64,000 bases of DNA from Nitrosopumilaceae archaeon (GTDB taxonomy: Archaea > Thermoproteota > Nitrososphaeria > Nitrososphaerales > Nitrosopumilaceae): assembly GCA_965203465.1 (NCBI GenBank), contig CBDBCR010000001.1, positions 416,001 through 480,000 of the forward strand. Direction: 5' to 3'. Below the pieces are notes generated by a model. The model made no database searches, was not told the origin of the DNA, and saw only the letters and a program-made list of their open reading frames with translations. A program made the position numbers and the translations under genes. This document shows, one piece after another, positions 37,882 to 47,123 of this stretch; within the stretch, counting starts at the first letter, position 1; every line of letters starts with the position of its first letter.

Positions 37882-38841
37882 TCAGCCGTTCCTTATCACC
37901 TCGAGCAGCTCGGGCCTCCCGGCGTCGGCCACGAACTCGTCCAGCTTTCTGGCCGCGGCCCCGGATCTTACCGCCTCGGCGGACATCCCGACGCCCTCTT
38001 TTACGGAAGAAGCGGCGCCGGCCACGAACAGGCCCGCGCCCGCGTTGAAGGCGGCCGTCTGCCAGACGGCCGGCGGCGCGGTGCCGTCTACGGCCCCCGC
38101 AAAGGCCGAAAGCGCCTCGGCCCTGCCGGACACGCGCAGCTCTTCGGGCCTGCAGCGCTGCAGCCCCACGTCCTCGGGCGAGACGGTGCCGCGCTCCGAG
38201 GCGCCGGCCGTTTCCAGCGCGTAGCTGCACGCGCAGCTTGCGACGAGCTCGTCGGCGCCGTCCTCCGAGCAGACGGCCATGGCCGTCTTTGCGCCCCTGC
38301 CGGCGAGCAGCCTGGCCATCCTTTCGGGGCCGAACCCCGGCGCCACCCCGACGAGCTGAGCCGCGACGCCGGCCGGGTTGGCCAGAGGGCCCAGCAGGTT
38401 GAACGCGGTGCGCCCGCCGGCCCTGCGCCTCGCGCCGGCCACGCGCTTCATGGCGGGGTGGAACCGGGGGGCGAACATGAAGCATATGCGGTGCCTCGAG
38501 AGCAGCTCTTGCACTCTGCGGGGGCCCGCGCCGAGGTCGCACCCGAGCGCCTCGAAGACGTCGGCGCTGCCGCACGCCCCCGAACTGGACCTGTTGCCGT
38601 GCTTTGCCACCGAGCAGCCGGCCGCCGCGGCCACGAAGGACGCCGCCGTCGATACGTTGAACGTGCCGGCGCCGTCGCCGCCGGTCCCGCACATGTCGAT
38701 GGCCTCGGCCGGGCCCCACCTGCACGCGCGCCCGTCCACCGCCTCGAGCATGCCGAGCAGCTCCTCGTCGGTCTCGCCCCTGTCGGCCATGGAGCGCAAA
38801 AGCTCGGCGCACTCGGCCTCGGGCATGTCCCCCGAGAGCAT
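37882..38841 (-). CDS. trpD: Anthranilate phosphoribosyltransferase (start uncertain)
   Basis: DMCGTGGDGAGTFNVST, KHGNRS, FNLLGPLANP, DE motif. Confidence 0.93.
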   Translation of the reverse strand: MLSGDMPEAECAELLRSMADRGETDEELLGMLEAVDGRACRWGPAEAIDMCGTGGDGAGTFNVSTAASFVAAAAGCSVAKHGNRSSSGACGSADVFEALGCDLGAGPRRVQELLSRHRICFMFAPRFHPAMKRVAGARRRAGGRTAFNLLGPLANPAGVAAQLVGVAPGFGPERMARLLAGRGAKTAMAVCSEDGADELVASCACSYALETAGASERGTVSPEDVGLQRCRPEELRVSGRAEALSAFAGAVDGTAPPAVWQTAAFNAGAGLFVAGAASSVKEGVGMSAEAVRSGAAARKLDEFVADAGRPELLEVIRNG

Positions 38842-38878
38842 GCGCGAGGCGGCCTCGCGCGCGCCGGCGCGGCCCAGC

Positions 38879-39472
38879 TCAGCCGTGGCGGCGCGCCTCC
38901 CGCAGGAAGTTTTCCAGTATTTTCTTGCCGTGCTCGGTCATGACCGATTCGGGGTGGAACTGCACGCCTACTATCGGGTGCTCTTTGTGGCGCACGGCCA
39001 TGACCTCGCCGTCGTCGGCCGCCGTGGCGGTCACCTCGAGCGAGTCGGGTATGGACGTCTTTTCGCCCACCAGCGAGTGGTAGCGCGTGGCGCGGAACGG
39101 ATCGGGGACCCCCTCGAAGAGGCCGTCGCCCGCGTGCCGTATCATGCTCGTCTTGCCGTGCCTCACGCAGCCGGCGTTTGCCACCCTGCCGCCGAACGCG
39201 TGTATTATCCCCTGGTGGCCCAGGCAGACGCCGAGCAGCGGCACGCGCGGGCCGGCCGAGCGTATTATGTCGGCGCACTGGCCAAAGTGCCTCTTTTGCT
39301 CGGGCGTGCCCGGGCCCGGCGATATCACCACGGCCCCGTACCCGCCCGAGGCCGCCTCTGCGGCCGTCACCCTGTCGTTGCGCACGACTTGCGGCTCGGC
39401 GCCAAGCTCGCCTAGGTACTGCGCTATGTTGTACACGAACGAGTCGTAGTTGTCCACGACGAGCACCCTCAA
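38879..39472 (-). CDS. trpG: Anthranilate synthase component II
   Basis: VDNYDSFVYN, SPGPG, GVCLGHQ, RYHSL, QFHPES. Confidence 0.95.
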   Translation of the reverse strand: MRVLVVDNYDSFVYNIAQYLGELGAEPQVVRNDRVTAAEAASGGYGAVVISPGPGTPEQKRHFGQCADIIRSAGPRVPLLGVCLGHQGIIHAFGGRVANAGCVRHGKTSMIRHAGDGLFEGVPDPFRATRYHSLVGEKTSIPDSLEVTATAADDGEVMAVRHKEHPIVGVQFHPESVMTEHGKKILENFLREARRHG

Positions 39473-40818
39473 GGCGGGCCCCCCCGCAGCGCCTGGATCA
39501 TGGCGCCGGCCTTGTCCTGCGTCTCCTGCAGCTCGTTTTCCGGCACCGAATCCGAGACGATGCCGGCGCCCGACTGCACGTAGCCGCGCGCGCCGTCGAT
39601 GAATATGCTGCGTATGGCTATGGCAAAGTCGCAGCACCCGTTGAACCCAAAGTACCCCACGGCCCCCGCGTACCCGCCGCGCGGGCCCGGCTCGAGCTCG
39701 TCGATTATCTCCATGGCCCGCACCTTGGGGGCCCCCGAGACGGTGCCTGCAGGAAAGACCGACCTGAACGCGTCGAACATGTCGCGGCCCGGCTCGAGCT
39801 CGCCGGTTATGTGGCTGACTATGTGCTGCACGTGGCTGAAGCGCCTGATGGCAAACGACTCCCGGGGCCTGACGGTGCCGTACCTGCAGACCCTGCCCAC
39901 GTCGTTCCTGCCCAGATCGACGAGCATGGTGTGCTCGGCCCTCTCTTTTTCGTCCGCGAGCAGCTCCGAGGCCAGCCGCGCGTCCTCTTTCTCGTCGCCC
40001 GTGACCGGGCGCGTGCCCGCTATGGGGAACGTCTCGACCGTGGAGCCGGAGACGCGCACGAGCATCTCGGGCGAGGCGCCCACCGTGCGCCTCTTGCCGT
40101 GCCTGACGTGGTACATGTACGGCGACGGGTTGAGCCGGCGCAGGCGGGAGTACAGCTCCAGCTCGTCGCCCTCCGCGTCGAACGAAAACCTGCGCGACAG
40201 CACCACCTGGAAGACGTCGCCGTCGTGCACGTACTCTTTGGCCTTTCGGACCGAGTTTATGTAATGGCCGGGGGCCTCCTCGGCCCGGGCCTCGGCGGCG
40301 GCGAACTTCCCAAAGCCGGGCTCTTGGCAGAGGGTGCCGGACCTGTCCTGGCCGTAGTGAAAGTAGAACGCCCTGCCCCGCGCGTTGTCGTAGAGCACGC
40401 CGTCGTCGTATATGCCGAACTCGAAGAGCGGGCCCGCCTCGCCGTGCGAATCGGGTATCTTTTCGAGCAGGCGGACCGCGCCGTAGCTTACCGTGCCCAC
40501 CGCGCCCCCCAAATACCTGTACGAGCGGTCCGGGTTGCTGCCCAGCATCTTTTTGAGCTCGTCGAGCGGATCGGCGCAGTCCAGCGTGCGGGACCTGCCG
40601 CCCCTCTCCGAGATCTCCAGCCTGCCGGGGTACCCGCGGACCAGCGCGGCCGGATCGAATCCCATGACCGAGGTCTCTGCTAGCTCGCCGGGGCCGGTCA
40701 GCGATTCGAACAGGAAAGAGTGGGAGCAGCCGCGCGCCGCGGCGCTGTACATTTCGAACTGGTCGCGCCGCGTCTCAAGCGGCACGAGGCGAGGTGCCCC
40801 GTCTCCAAAGGCGTCCAC
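39469..40818 (-). CDS. trpE: Anthranilate synthase component I
   Basis: LFES, NPSPYM, EHTMLVDLGRND, PAGTVSGAPK. Confidence 0.95.
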   Translation of the reverse strand: MDAFGDGAPRLVPLETRRDQFEMYSAAARGCSHSFLFESLTGPGELAETSVMGFDPAALVRGYPGRLEISERGGRSRTLDCADPLDELKKMLGSNPDRSYRYLGGAVGTVSYGAVRLLEKIPDSHGEAGPLFEFGIYDDGVLYDNARGRAFYFHYGQDRSGTLCQEPGFGKFAAAEARAEEAPGHYINSVRKAKEYVHDGDVFQVVLSRRFSFDAEGDELELYSRLRRLNPSPYMYHVRHGKRRTVGASPEMLVRVSGSTVETFPIAGTRPVTGDEKEDARLASELLADEKERAEHTMLVDLGRNDVGRVCRYGTVRPRESFAIRRFSHVQHIVSHITGELEPGRDMFDAFRSVFPAGTVSGAPKVRAMEIIDELEPGPRGGYAGAVGYFGFNGCCDFAIAIRSIFIDGARGYVQSGAGIVSDSVPENELQETQDKAGAMIQALRGGPP

Positions 40819-40921
40819 CCATGGGTGGGCGGCGGCCGCGGTTCATATTTAAACCGTGGACAGCGGCCCCGGCCCGGGGCGCTTTGCAAATGTTAATTAC
40901 CGTGTGCCCCGCCGGCGCCCC

Positions 40922-41314
40922 GTGGCATCCTCGCCGTCGGCAAAGTGGGAATCCAAGGTCAGCGCGCTGCGCAAAAAGTGCCAGGCTGCGGCCTCGCTGT
41001 CCGCCAAGATAAGGTACGTGGGCGTGATCAACGAGTTCGGGCGCACCATGACCGGGGCGCTGCGCCCGGGCACCGTGCCCATACTGGACAAGCGCCACAC
41101 GCACAACGAGTTCTTCATCATGTCGAGCCTGCTGAACATGCGCAGCGGGTCGGTCAGGCCGCTTGGTAGGCTCGACCACATGACGCTGCAGCACGACAAG
41201 GTCTACGTGGTGGTGATACCTGACGGGCGCAACATCTTTTACGTCTCGATAGACGTGGACGTGCGCAACATATCGAACCTGATACTAAAGATCAAGAAAA
41301 AGATATCCGGCTAG
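40922..41314 (+). CDS. Thaumarchaeal roadblock/profilin-like protein (DUF6659-like)
   Basis: KIRYVGVINEFGRTMTG..LGRLDHM..VSID; start uncertain. Confidence 0.65.
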   Translation: MASSPSAKWESKVSALRKKCQAAASLSAKIRYVGVINEFGRTMTGALRPGTVPILDKRHTHNEFFIMSSLLNMRSGSVRPLGRLDHMTLQHDKVYVVVIPDGRNIFYVSIDVDVRNISNLILKIKKKISG

Positions 41315-41316
41315 CC

Positions 41317-41721
41317 TCAGATCGGGGTGAACCCGTGGTATCCGCCGGTCTGCTGCGTCTGATCTTCGAACTTTGGCTCGAACAGCGAGACGTGGTACCC
41401 GTCCGGATCCTCTACTATGGCGTGCTTGCCAGCGGTCCTGTCGGTTATGTCCTTGTGGACGCGCGCGCCCTTTGCCTTCAGCTCGCCTAGCGCCGACTCT
41501 ATGTCGCCCACCAGGAACCCGACCATGATGCCGCCGCCCCGGCCGCCCTCGGAGTCGAGCGAGGCGGGGTGGAGGCTGAGCAGCGCGCCGCCGGTACCCA
41601 GGTCCACCCACGAGCGCCGCTGGTTGCGGATGGGGAGCCCTATGGTGCCGTGGTAAAAGTCGATGGACCTGTCCAAGTCCTCGACGGCCAGTATCACGTT
41701 GCCTACTTTTTTGACGTTCAC
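41317..41721 (-). CDS. VOC/glyoxalase family protein
   Basis: LAVEDLDRSIDFY..GFLVGDIE..DPDGY. Confidence 0.88.
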   Translation of the reverse strand: MNVKKVGNVILAVEDLDRSIDFYHGTIGLPIRNQRRSWVDLGTGGALLSLHPASLDSEGGRGGGIMVGFLVGDIESALGELKAKGARVHKDITDRTAGKHAIVEDPDGYHVSLFEPKFEDQTQQTGGYHGFTPI

Positions 41722-41758
41722 TGGGTACCCCCTCCGTGCCGGGCCATAAAAACCGAAC

Positions 41759-41977
41759 CTACTGTACCTCCACCATGGTCTCGGTCCTCTCCACGCCGCG
41801 TATCCTCTGGATCTCGGTGATTACCTCCTTTATCTGGGCCAGCGTGTCCGCCTCTATGACGGCCACCGCGTCGAACTGCCCGCTGGTCGGAAACGAGTCG
41901 CGCACCCCGGCGGTCTTGCGCAGCCGGGCCGCGATCAGCTTTTTGGGCGAGTTTACCAGCACGACCGCCTTTACCAA
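41759..41977 (-). CDS. Stand-alone Lrp/AsnC ligand-binding domain protein
   Basis: KAVVLV..TSGQFDAVAVI..IRGVERTETMVE. Confidence 0.82.
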   Translation of the reverse strand: MVKAVVLVNSPKKLIAARLRKTAGVRDSFPTSGQFDAVAVIEADTLAQIKEVITEIQRIRGVERTETMVEVQ

Positions 41978-42210
41978 CCCAGGTTCACCTCCACCTCTAT
42001 GAGGGTCTCTGTGGTCTCTATCTCCTTGACCCTTTTGAGGTCGATGACGGTCTTGTTTATCTCGTCCATGGAGCCGGAGAGCATGAGGCAGATGTCGGCC
42101 CTGCCCGCCACCACCATTATCTCCTTGGATATGCGCCGCCTCTTCCTGAGAACGGCGGTGACCGTGTCCACCTGCCCCGGCTTTACCGAGATCATGCACA
42201 GCGCCCTCAC
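41971..42210 (-). CDS. Stand-alone Lrp/AsnC ligand-binding domain protein
   Basis: ALCMISVKPG..VAGRADI..IETTETLIE. Confidence 0.82.
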   Translation of the reverse strand: MRALCMISVKPGQVDTVTAVLRKRRRISKEIMVVAGRADICLMLSGSMDEINKTVIDLKRVKEIETTETLIEVEVNLGW

Positions 42211-42246
42211 GGGTACCTGTATGGGGGCCGGCAGTGATAAGGTTTG

Positions 42247-42414
42247 CTAGTCGGACGCCTCTTGCGAGCGCGCCTCCTCCAGGTACGCCCGCCTCTCCTC
42301 GTTGACCTTGTCCTGGTCTATGGACAGGTCGTCGTCTACTATGACGATGCCGCTGTCCGGCGAGGGGTCAGAGCTCTTGGGCTTTTTGGCCTTTTTCTCC
42401 TTTTTGGCAGCCAT
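42247..42414 (-). CDS. Small conserved hypothetical protein
   Basis: MAAKKEKKAKK..GIVIVDDDLSID..ERRAYLEEARSQE; TATA-like TTTTAATAA about 26 nt upstream. Confidence 0.7.
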   Translation of the reverse strand: MAAKKEKKAKKPKSSDPSPDSGIVIVDDDLSIDQDKVNEERRAYLEEARSQEASD

Positions 42415-42461
42415 CGTGCGGCTCTTTTTGCCCGCCGCGTTATTAAAACTTGACCGGAGTC

Positions 42462-42564
42462 GGGCTTTGTTCGGCAATTCGTATTTTCGTGCCTGCGCAG
42501 TAGCCGGATCGGCCAAAAAACGGCTCCGTTCAGGCACGGATCGCGGAATTACCGAACAAAGCCC
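42462..42564. mobile_element. 103-bp MITE with 19-bp terminal inverted repeats
   Basis: Left end GGGCTTTGTTCGGCAATTC; right end reverse complement GGGCTTTGTTCGGTAATTC (18/19); second copy at 20131; no TSD seen. Confidence 0.78.
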
Positions 42565-42606
42565 CTCTGCGCTGACCTTTATTACGGCGCCGCGCGGGCC
42601 GGGGCC

Positions 42607-45600
42607 GTGGAAAAGGACTTCGACCCCAAGGCCATAGAGGCGGAAACGCGCGCTAGGCTGCCAGTCCAGGAGCAGAGGCGCCTGGTGGCCGCGTCCGAGC
42701 TCTCCGGGACGGTCGGCTTCGTCGAGGGGCCGCCCACCATGAACGGCACGCCGCACGCCGGCCACCTACGGGGCCGCATAATAAAGGACGTCTGGTACCG
42801 GCATTCGACGCTGTCCGGCAGGCGCGTGCGCTTCGAGGCCGGATGGGACGCGCAGGGGCTGCCCGTCGAGCTGCAGGCCCAAAAGGAGCTGGGCGTCTCG
42901 GGCTCAAAGTCGGAGCTGATGGCAAAAGTCGGCGCCGAGGGGCTGGCCGCAAAGTGCAAGGAGCTGGTACACCGGTACCAGAAAGAGTGGGCCGAGGCAG
43001 ACGAGCTGCTCGGCGTCTCGCTGGGCCAGGAGGGGGCGTACTGGACGTACCGCGACGAGTACATCGAAAAAGAGTGGCAGGTGCTCCGGCGCGGGCTGGA
43101 GCGGGGCATACTGGAGCAGGACTACACGGTGGTCGCCTACTGCCCCAGCTGCCAGACCTCGCTGAGCCACGCCGAGGTCAACCAGGGGTACGAGGAGGTC
43201 GAGGATCCGTCGATGTACTACAAGGTCCGGCTAGCCGGGCGCGACGAGTACCTCGTAGTGTGGACTACCATGCCGTTCACGCTGGTCACCGACGCCATGA
43301 TAGGGCTGGATCCGGACGAGACGTACTGCCGCGTGCGCGTCGGATCCGAAAAGTGGGTAGTGGGCGGCTCGCGCCTCGGGCCGCTCATGGAAGAGCTCGG
43401 CCTCGGGTACGAAGTCGAGTCGCGCGCGCCCGGCTCTTCGTTCGAGGGGCTAAAGTACGAGCACCCGCTGCTGGACGTACTGCCCAGGCTGGCCGAGCTC
43501 GCGCGCGGGCCAAAGTACCACGTGGCCGTGTGCGAAAAGTTCGTCGACGCGGGAGCGGGCAGCGGCCTGGTCCACCTCTCGCCCGCAAACGGCGAGGAGG
43601 ACATGGCGGCTGCCTCGAGGCGCGGCGTGGATGTGTTCTGCCCGATCGACGACGAGGTCCGCTTCACGGAAGACGCGGGCCCCTACGCGGGCCTGCAGGT
43701 GCGCGAAGCCGACGCGGCGGTCGCGCGCGATCTGGAGGCGCGCGGGGCGCTGGTGCGCCTCGGCAGGCTGCGCCACAAGTACCCGCTGTGCTGGAGGTCG
43801 CGCCACCCCGTCGTCTGGCTCGCCCGCCGGGGCTGGTTCTACAAGCTGGACCGGCTGGGCGACGCGGCCGTAAAGGCGGCCGAATCGGTGCAGTACTATT
43901 ACGAGCAGCCGCGCAACCGGTTTCTGTCCATCGTGCGCGAGCGCCACCCGTGGTGCGTATCGCGCGAGCGCGCCTGGGGGACGCCGCTGCCAGCCTGGAA
44001 GTGCTCCGGGTGCGGCAAGCACACGTGGATGTTCTCGCGCGAGCAGATAGTGCGGGCCGCCGAAGAGCTGCCCGACGGGCCCGGATTCGAGCTGCACGTG
44101 CCGTGGATAGACAGGGTGGCCGTGCGCTGCCCGTCGTGCGGCGGCCCGACGAAGCGGGAGGGGTACGTGCTGGACACGTGGCACAACAGCGGCGCCGCGC
44201 CGCTCGCCTCGCTGACCGACGCAGAGTACGGCTCGCAGATACCGGCGCCGTTCTTCACGGAGGGCATCGACCAGACGCGCGGGTGGGCCTACACGCTCTT
44301 GGTGGAGAGCGTCATATACAGGGGCGAGCCGGCCGCGCCGTACCGCTCGTTCTTGTTCCAGGGCCACGTGCTCGACGAGAACGGCAACAAGATGAGCAAG
44401 AGCCGCGGCAACGTGCTCGACGCGCGGCAGCTGCTCTCGGAGCACCCCGCCGACTTGGTGCGGTTCTACATGATGTGGAAGACCGGCCCGATAGAGCCTC
44501 TCAACTTCGACGCGCGCGAGATGTCCGCGCGCCCATACCAGGTGCTCGCCACGCTGTACCACATGCACCTGTACTACGTGCAGAACGGCTCGTACGACAA
44601 GTACGACGGCTCTGCGACCGTCGAGTGGGCCGAAAGCGAGGGGCTGCTAAAGGCGCCGGACCGCTGGCTCCTCTCGAGGCTCTCGGGGACGGTGCGCGAG
44701 TGCGGCGAGGCGGCGGCCGCGTGCCGCTTCCACGAGTGGGCGCGCTCGGTCGAGGATTTCGTCATAAACGCGCTCAGCCAGGGGTACGTGCCCATGACGC
44801 GCGCCGAGCTGTGGGACGACGGAAAGGAGGGGGCAGCGCGCAGGCGCGCCATATACGCGGTCCTGCAAAAGGCGCTGACAACTCTCGACGTGGTGCTGCA
44901 CCCGATATGCCCGCACACGACCGAACACCTGTACGCGGAGGCATCCGGCGAGCATCCGTCCGTGCTGCTCGAGCGGTGGCCCGAGCCGGGCGCGCGCGAC
45001 GAGCGCCTAGAGTCGGCCTTTGACCTTGCGCGCGAATGCGTCTCGGCCGCGTCTGCGGCGCGCATGAAGGCCGGCCTCAAGAGGCGCTGGCCCGTCGACT
45101 CGCTGGACTTGTGCGTGCCGCGCGACGGCGCGCGGCTGCTCGAGGGGCTCGAATCCATGATAGCGGAGCAGGCCAACGCGGACAGCTGCGCCATACACCC
45201 GCTCGGGTCGGACGGCGCGGCCGCGCGCGTATCCGAAATTTCGGATCTCGGGCTGGCAGAGCCGTCCGTATCGGTGGACCGCAAAAAACTGGGGCCGCGC
45301 GCGCGCCAAAACATGCAGGCGCTGATGAGCGAGCACGGGCGGACGGACCCGTCTGCGGTACTCAAAGACGTGCTCGAGTCGGGCTCGCACAGGTACGAGG
45401 CAGGCGGCCTGGAGCTCGGCGAGCAGGACTACGAGTTTTCGCTGGAGGCGCGGGAGGGGCGCGCGCTGGCAGAGCGCGGCGGAATAGCGGCCGTCGTGCC
45501 CCGTTCGCGCAGCCCCGAGGCGGCCGCGCGCGGGCTGGTGCGCGACGTGGCGCGCCGGATACAAGCGTTCAGGAAAGAGTGCGGGTACGACCCCGCCGAG

Positions 45601-45780
45601 GTGCTCTCGTCTGCCTGCGTGCTGGGCCTGGAGGGGGATTCTGCCGAGGCGGTGCGCTCGATGTCCGGCGAGCTTGCCTCGCTGGTGCGCGTGCGCTCCG
45701 TAAAGACGGACGGCGGGTGCGGCAGGTACAAGGACGAAAAGATAGACGGGGTACAGGTCCGGATAGGGCTGTCTAGGTGA
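42607..45780 (+). CDS. ileS: Isoleucine--tRNA ligase
   Basis: EGPP..HAGH, WTTMPFTL, WCVSRERAWG, EGIDQTRGW, KMSKS. Confidence 0.96.
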   Translation: MEKDFDPKAIEAETRARLPVQEQRRLVAASELSGTVGFVEGPPTMNGTPHAGHLRGRIIKDVWYRHSTLSGRRVRFEAGWDAQGLPVELQAQKELGVSGSKSELMAKVGAEGLAAKCKELVHRYQKEWAEADELLGVSLGQEGAYWTYRDEYIEKEWQVLRRGLERGILEQDYTVVAYCPSCQTSLSHAEVNQGYEEVEDPSMYYKVRLAGRDEYLVVWTTMPFTLVTDAMIGLDPDETYCRVRVGSEKWVVGGSRLGPLMEELGLGYEVESRAPGSSFEGLKYEHPLLDVLPRLAELARGPKYHVAVCEKFVDAGAGSGLVHLSPANGEEDMAAASRRGVDVFCPIDDEVRFTEDAGPYAGLQVREADAAVARDLEARGALVRLGRLRHKYPLCWRSRHPVVWLARRGWFYKLDRLGDAAVKAAESVQYYYEQPRNRFLSIVRERHPWCVSRERAWGTPLPAWKCSGCGKHTWMFSREQIVRAAEELPDGPGFELHVPWIDRVAVRCPSCGGPTKREGYVLDTWHNSGAAPLASLTDAEYGSQIPAPFFTEGIDQTRGWAYTLLVESVIYRGEPAAPYRSFLFQGHVLDENGNKMSKSRGNVLDARQLLSEHPADLVRFYMMWKTGPIEPLNFDAREMSARPYQVLATLYHMHLYYVQNGSYDKYDGSATVEWAESEGLLKAPDRWLLSRLSGTVRECGEAAAACRFHEWARSVEDFVINALSQGYVPMTRAELWDDGKEGAARRRAIYAVLQKALTTLDVVLHPICPHTTEHLYAEASGEHPSVLLERWPEPGARDERLESAFDLARECVSAASAARMKAGLKRRWPVDSLDLCVPRDGARLLEGLESMIAEQANADSCAIHPLGSDGAAARVSEISDLGLAEPSVSVDRKKLGPRARQNMQALMSEHGRTDPSAVLKDVLESGSHRYEAGGLELGEQDYEFSLEAREGRALAERGGIAAVVPRSRSPEAAARGLVRDVARRIQAFRKECGYDPAEVLSSACVLGLEGDSAEAVRSMSGELASLVRVRSVKTDGGCGRYKDEKIDGVQVRIGLSR

Positions 45781-45843
45781 ATAGGGGAGCATCGTGGCCA
45801 TGCGCATGCAGACTTCATAAAACACCCAACGCGCCGGCTGGGC

Positions 45844-46032
45844 ATGTCGGTCGAACAAACCCTCTTCCCCGCCGTCGAGAAGGCGGTCAAAAAAATCGTA
45901 CAAGAAACAATGGCCGCATACGGCCCCGAGTCGGGCAGGAAGATCGATCCGGCCGCCGAAAAGCGCATTACTGCGGGCGGCGCCGAACGCGAAGCGCGAC
46001 GGCGATTTTCGCGAAAAGGTGACGCCCGATGA
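45844..46032 (+). CDS. Small hypothetical protein (possible antitoxin remnant)
   Basis: 62 aa, ATGA-coupled to the downstream HEPN-like remnant. Confidence 0.35.
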   Translation: MSVEQTLFPAVEKAVKKIVQETMAAYGPESGRKIDPAAEKRITAGGAEREARRRFSRKGDAR

Positions 46033-46350
46033 CATCCTACAGCGCGCAAAGCGCGCGCAACAAAAACGCGCACGACTTTCTAGGCGCCAGATCGCCATAC
46101 CTGCACCGGCAAATCGCCGCCCTTTTCTCCTCGGCGCCGCACCTGTCCAACATTGAGCTGCGGGGGATCGAAAAGCCGGACAGCCACCGTGCGAGATCCA
46201 AACCGGAGTGCGGACTGCCGTCCATGGCCAAAGACTGTCTGAAGCTGAAATCACCGAGCGAGCAGTCGGTACGGCGGAAGGGCCGAAATAGGCGGCAGTT
46301 CGACAAAGACCGCCGTCAAACCGTACCCAAAGATCGTAAAATATCCTGCA
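46029..46350 (+). pseudogene. Decayed HEPN-like toxin
   Basis: NKNAHDFL..QIAALFSSAPH..DSHRAR..LKLKSPSEQSVR resembles the HEPN pattern W-x-I-T-x-x-F-Y-S-A-L-H...H-x-x-R...S-x-x-x-R-Y with key residues lost; native stop absent. Confidence 0.45.
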
Positions 46351-46694
46351 TGATCTTGTCCGGCAGGCAAGACGCGCCCCGCACGCGGAGGCCGGCTGTG
46401 GACTCGGCCGCCGCAAGCGCCCGCCGGATCCGCGGCGCCGGACAGCGCGCGCGGCCGTCCGGGGGCAGGTTCCGGGCCGCGGCTCCGGCCGCAGTCGGAC
46501 GCGCCGCCTTCGGGCGTCGGCGCGACTGCAAAGACCTTTCCGTGCCTTGGCCCCGCGGCGGCTTGGGTCCGGGCAGAGCGCGCCCGCCCCGCGCGCCGCC
46601 CGCGGCCACGCCTGCCGCAAGACGCCCGCCGCCGTGCCGTCACCTGCCGCGCCGCCTGCCCAACAGTTAAAGGTGAACCGCCGGGCCCGACTGC

Positions 46695-47123
46695 GTGGCG
46701 TACTGGCTCGCAAAGCAGGAGCCGTCGGGGCCCCGCGGCTACCCGATAGACCAGCTCAAGCGCGACGGCAGGACCGTCTGGGACGGGGTGGGCAACAACC
46801 TGGCGCTGAAGCACATGCGCTCCATGAAAAAGGGCGACAAGATACTGTACTACCACACGGGGACGGAGCGGCGCGCGGTCGGCGTCATGGAAGTAGTGCG
46901 GGGCCCGTACCCCGATCCGCAGAGGGACGGCGAGCGCTGGACGGTCGTGGACGTAAAGTACGTAAAGCACCTGAAAAACCCCGTCACGCTCGAGGCGATA
47001 AAGGCCGAGCCGGAGTTCGCCGGATGGGACCTGCTCAGGATATCGAGGCTCTCGATAGTTCCCGTCCCCCCCAAGATATGGCGCGCCCTGATCGCGATGT
47101 CCGGCAAGGCCGCGGCGCGTTGA
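46695..47123 (+). CDS. EVE domain protein (PUA-like modified-base reader)
   Basis: YWLAKQEP..WDGVGNNLALKHMRSMKKGDKILYYHTG..VTLEAIK..LLRISRLSIVPV. Confidence 0.92.
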   Translation: MAYWLAKQEPSGPRGYPIDQLKRDGRTVWDGVGNNLALKHMRSMKKGDKILYYHTGTERRAVGVMEVVRGPYPDPQRDGERWTVVDVKYVKHLKNPVTLEAIKAEPEFAGWDLLRISRLSIVPVPPKIWRALIAMSGKAAAR

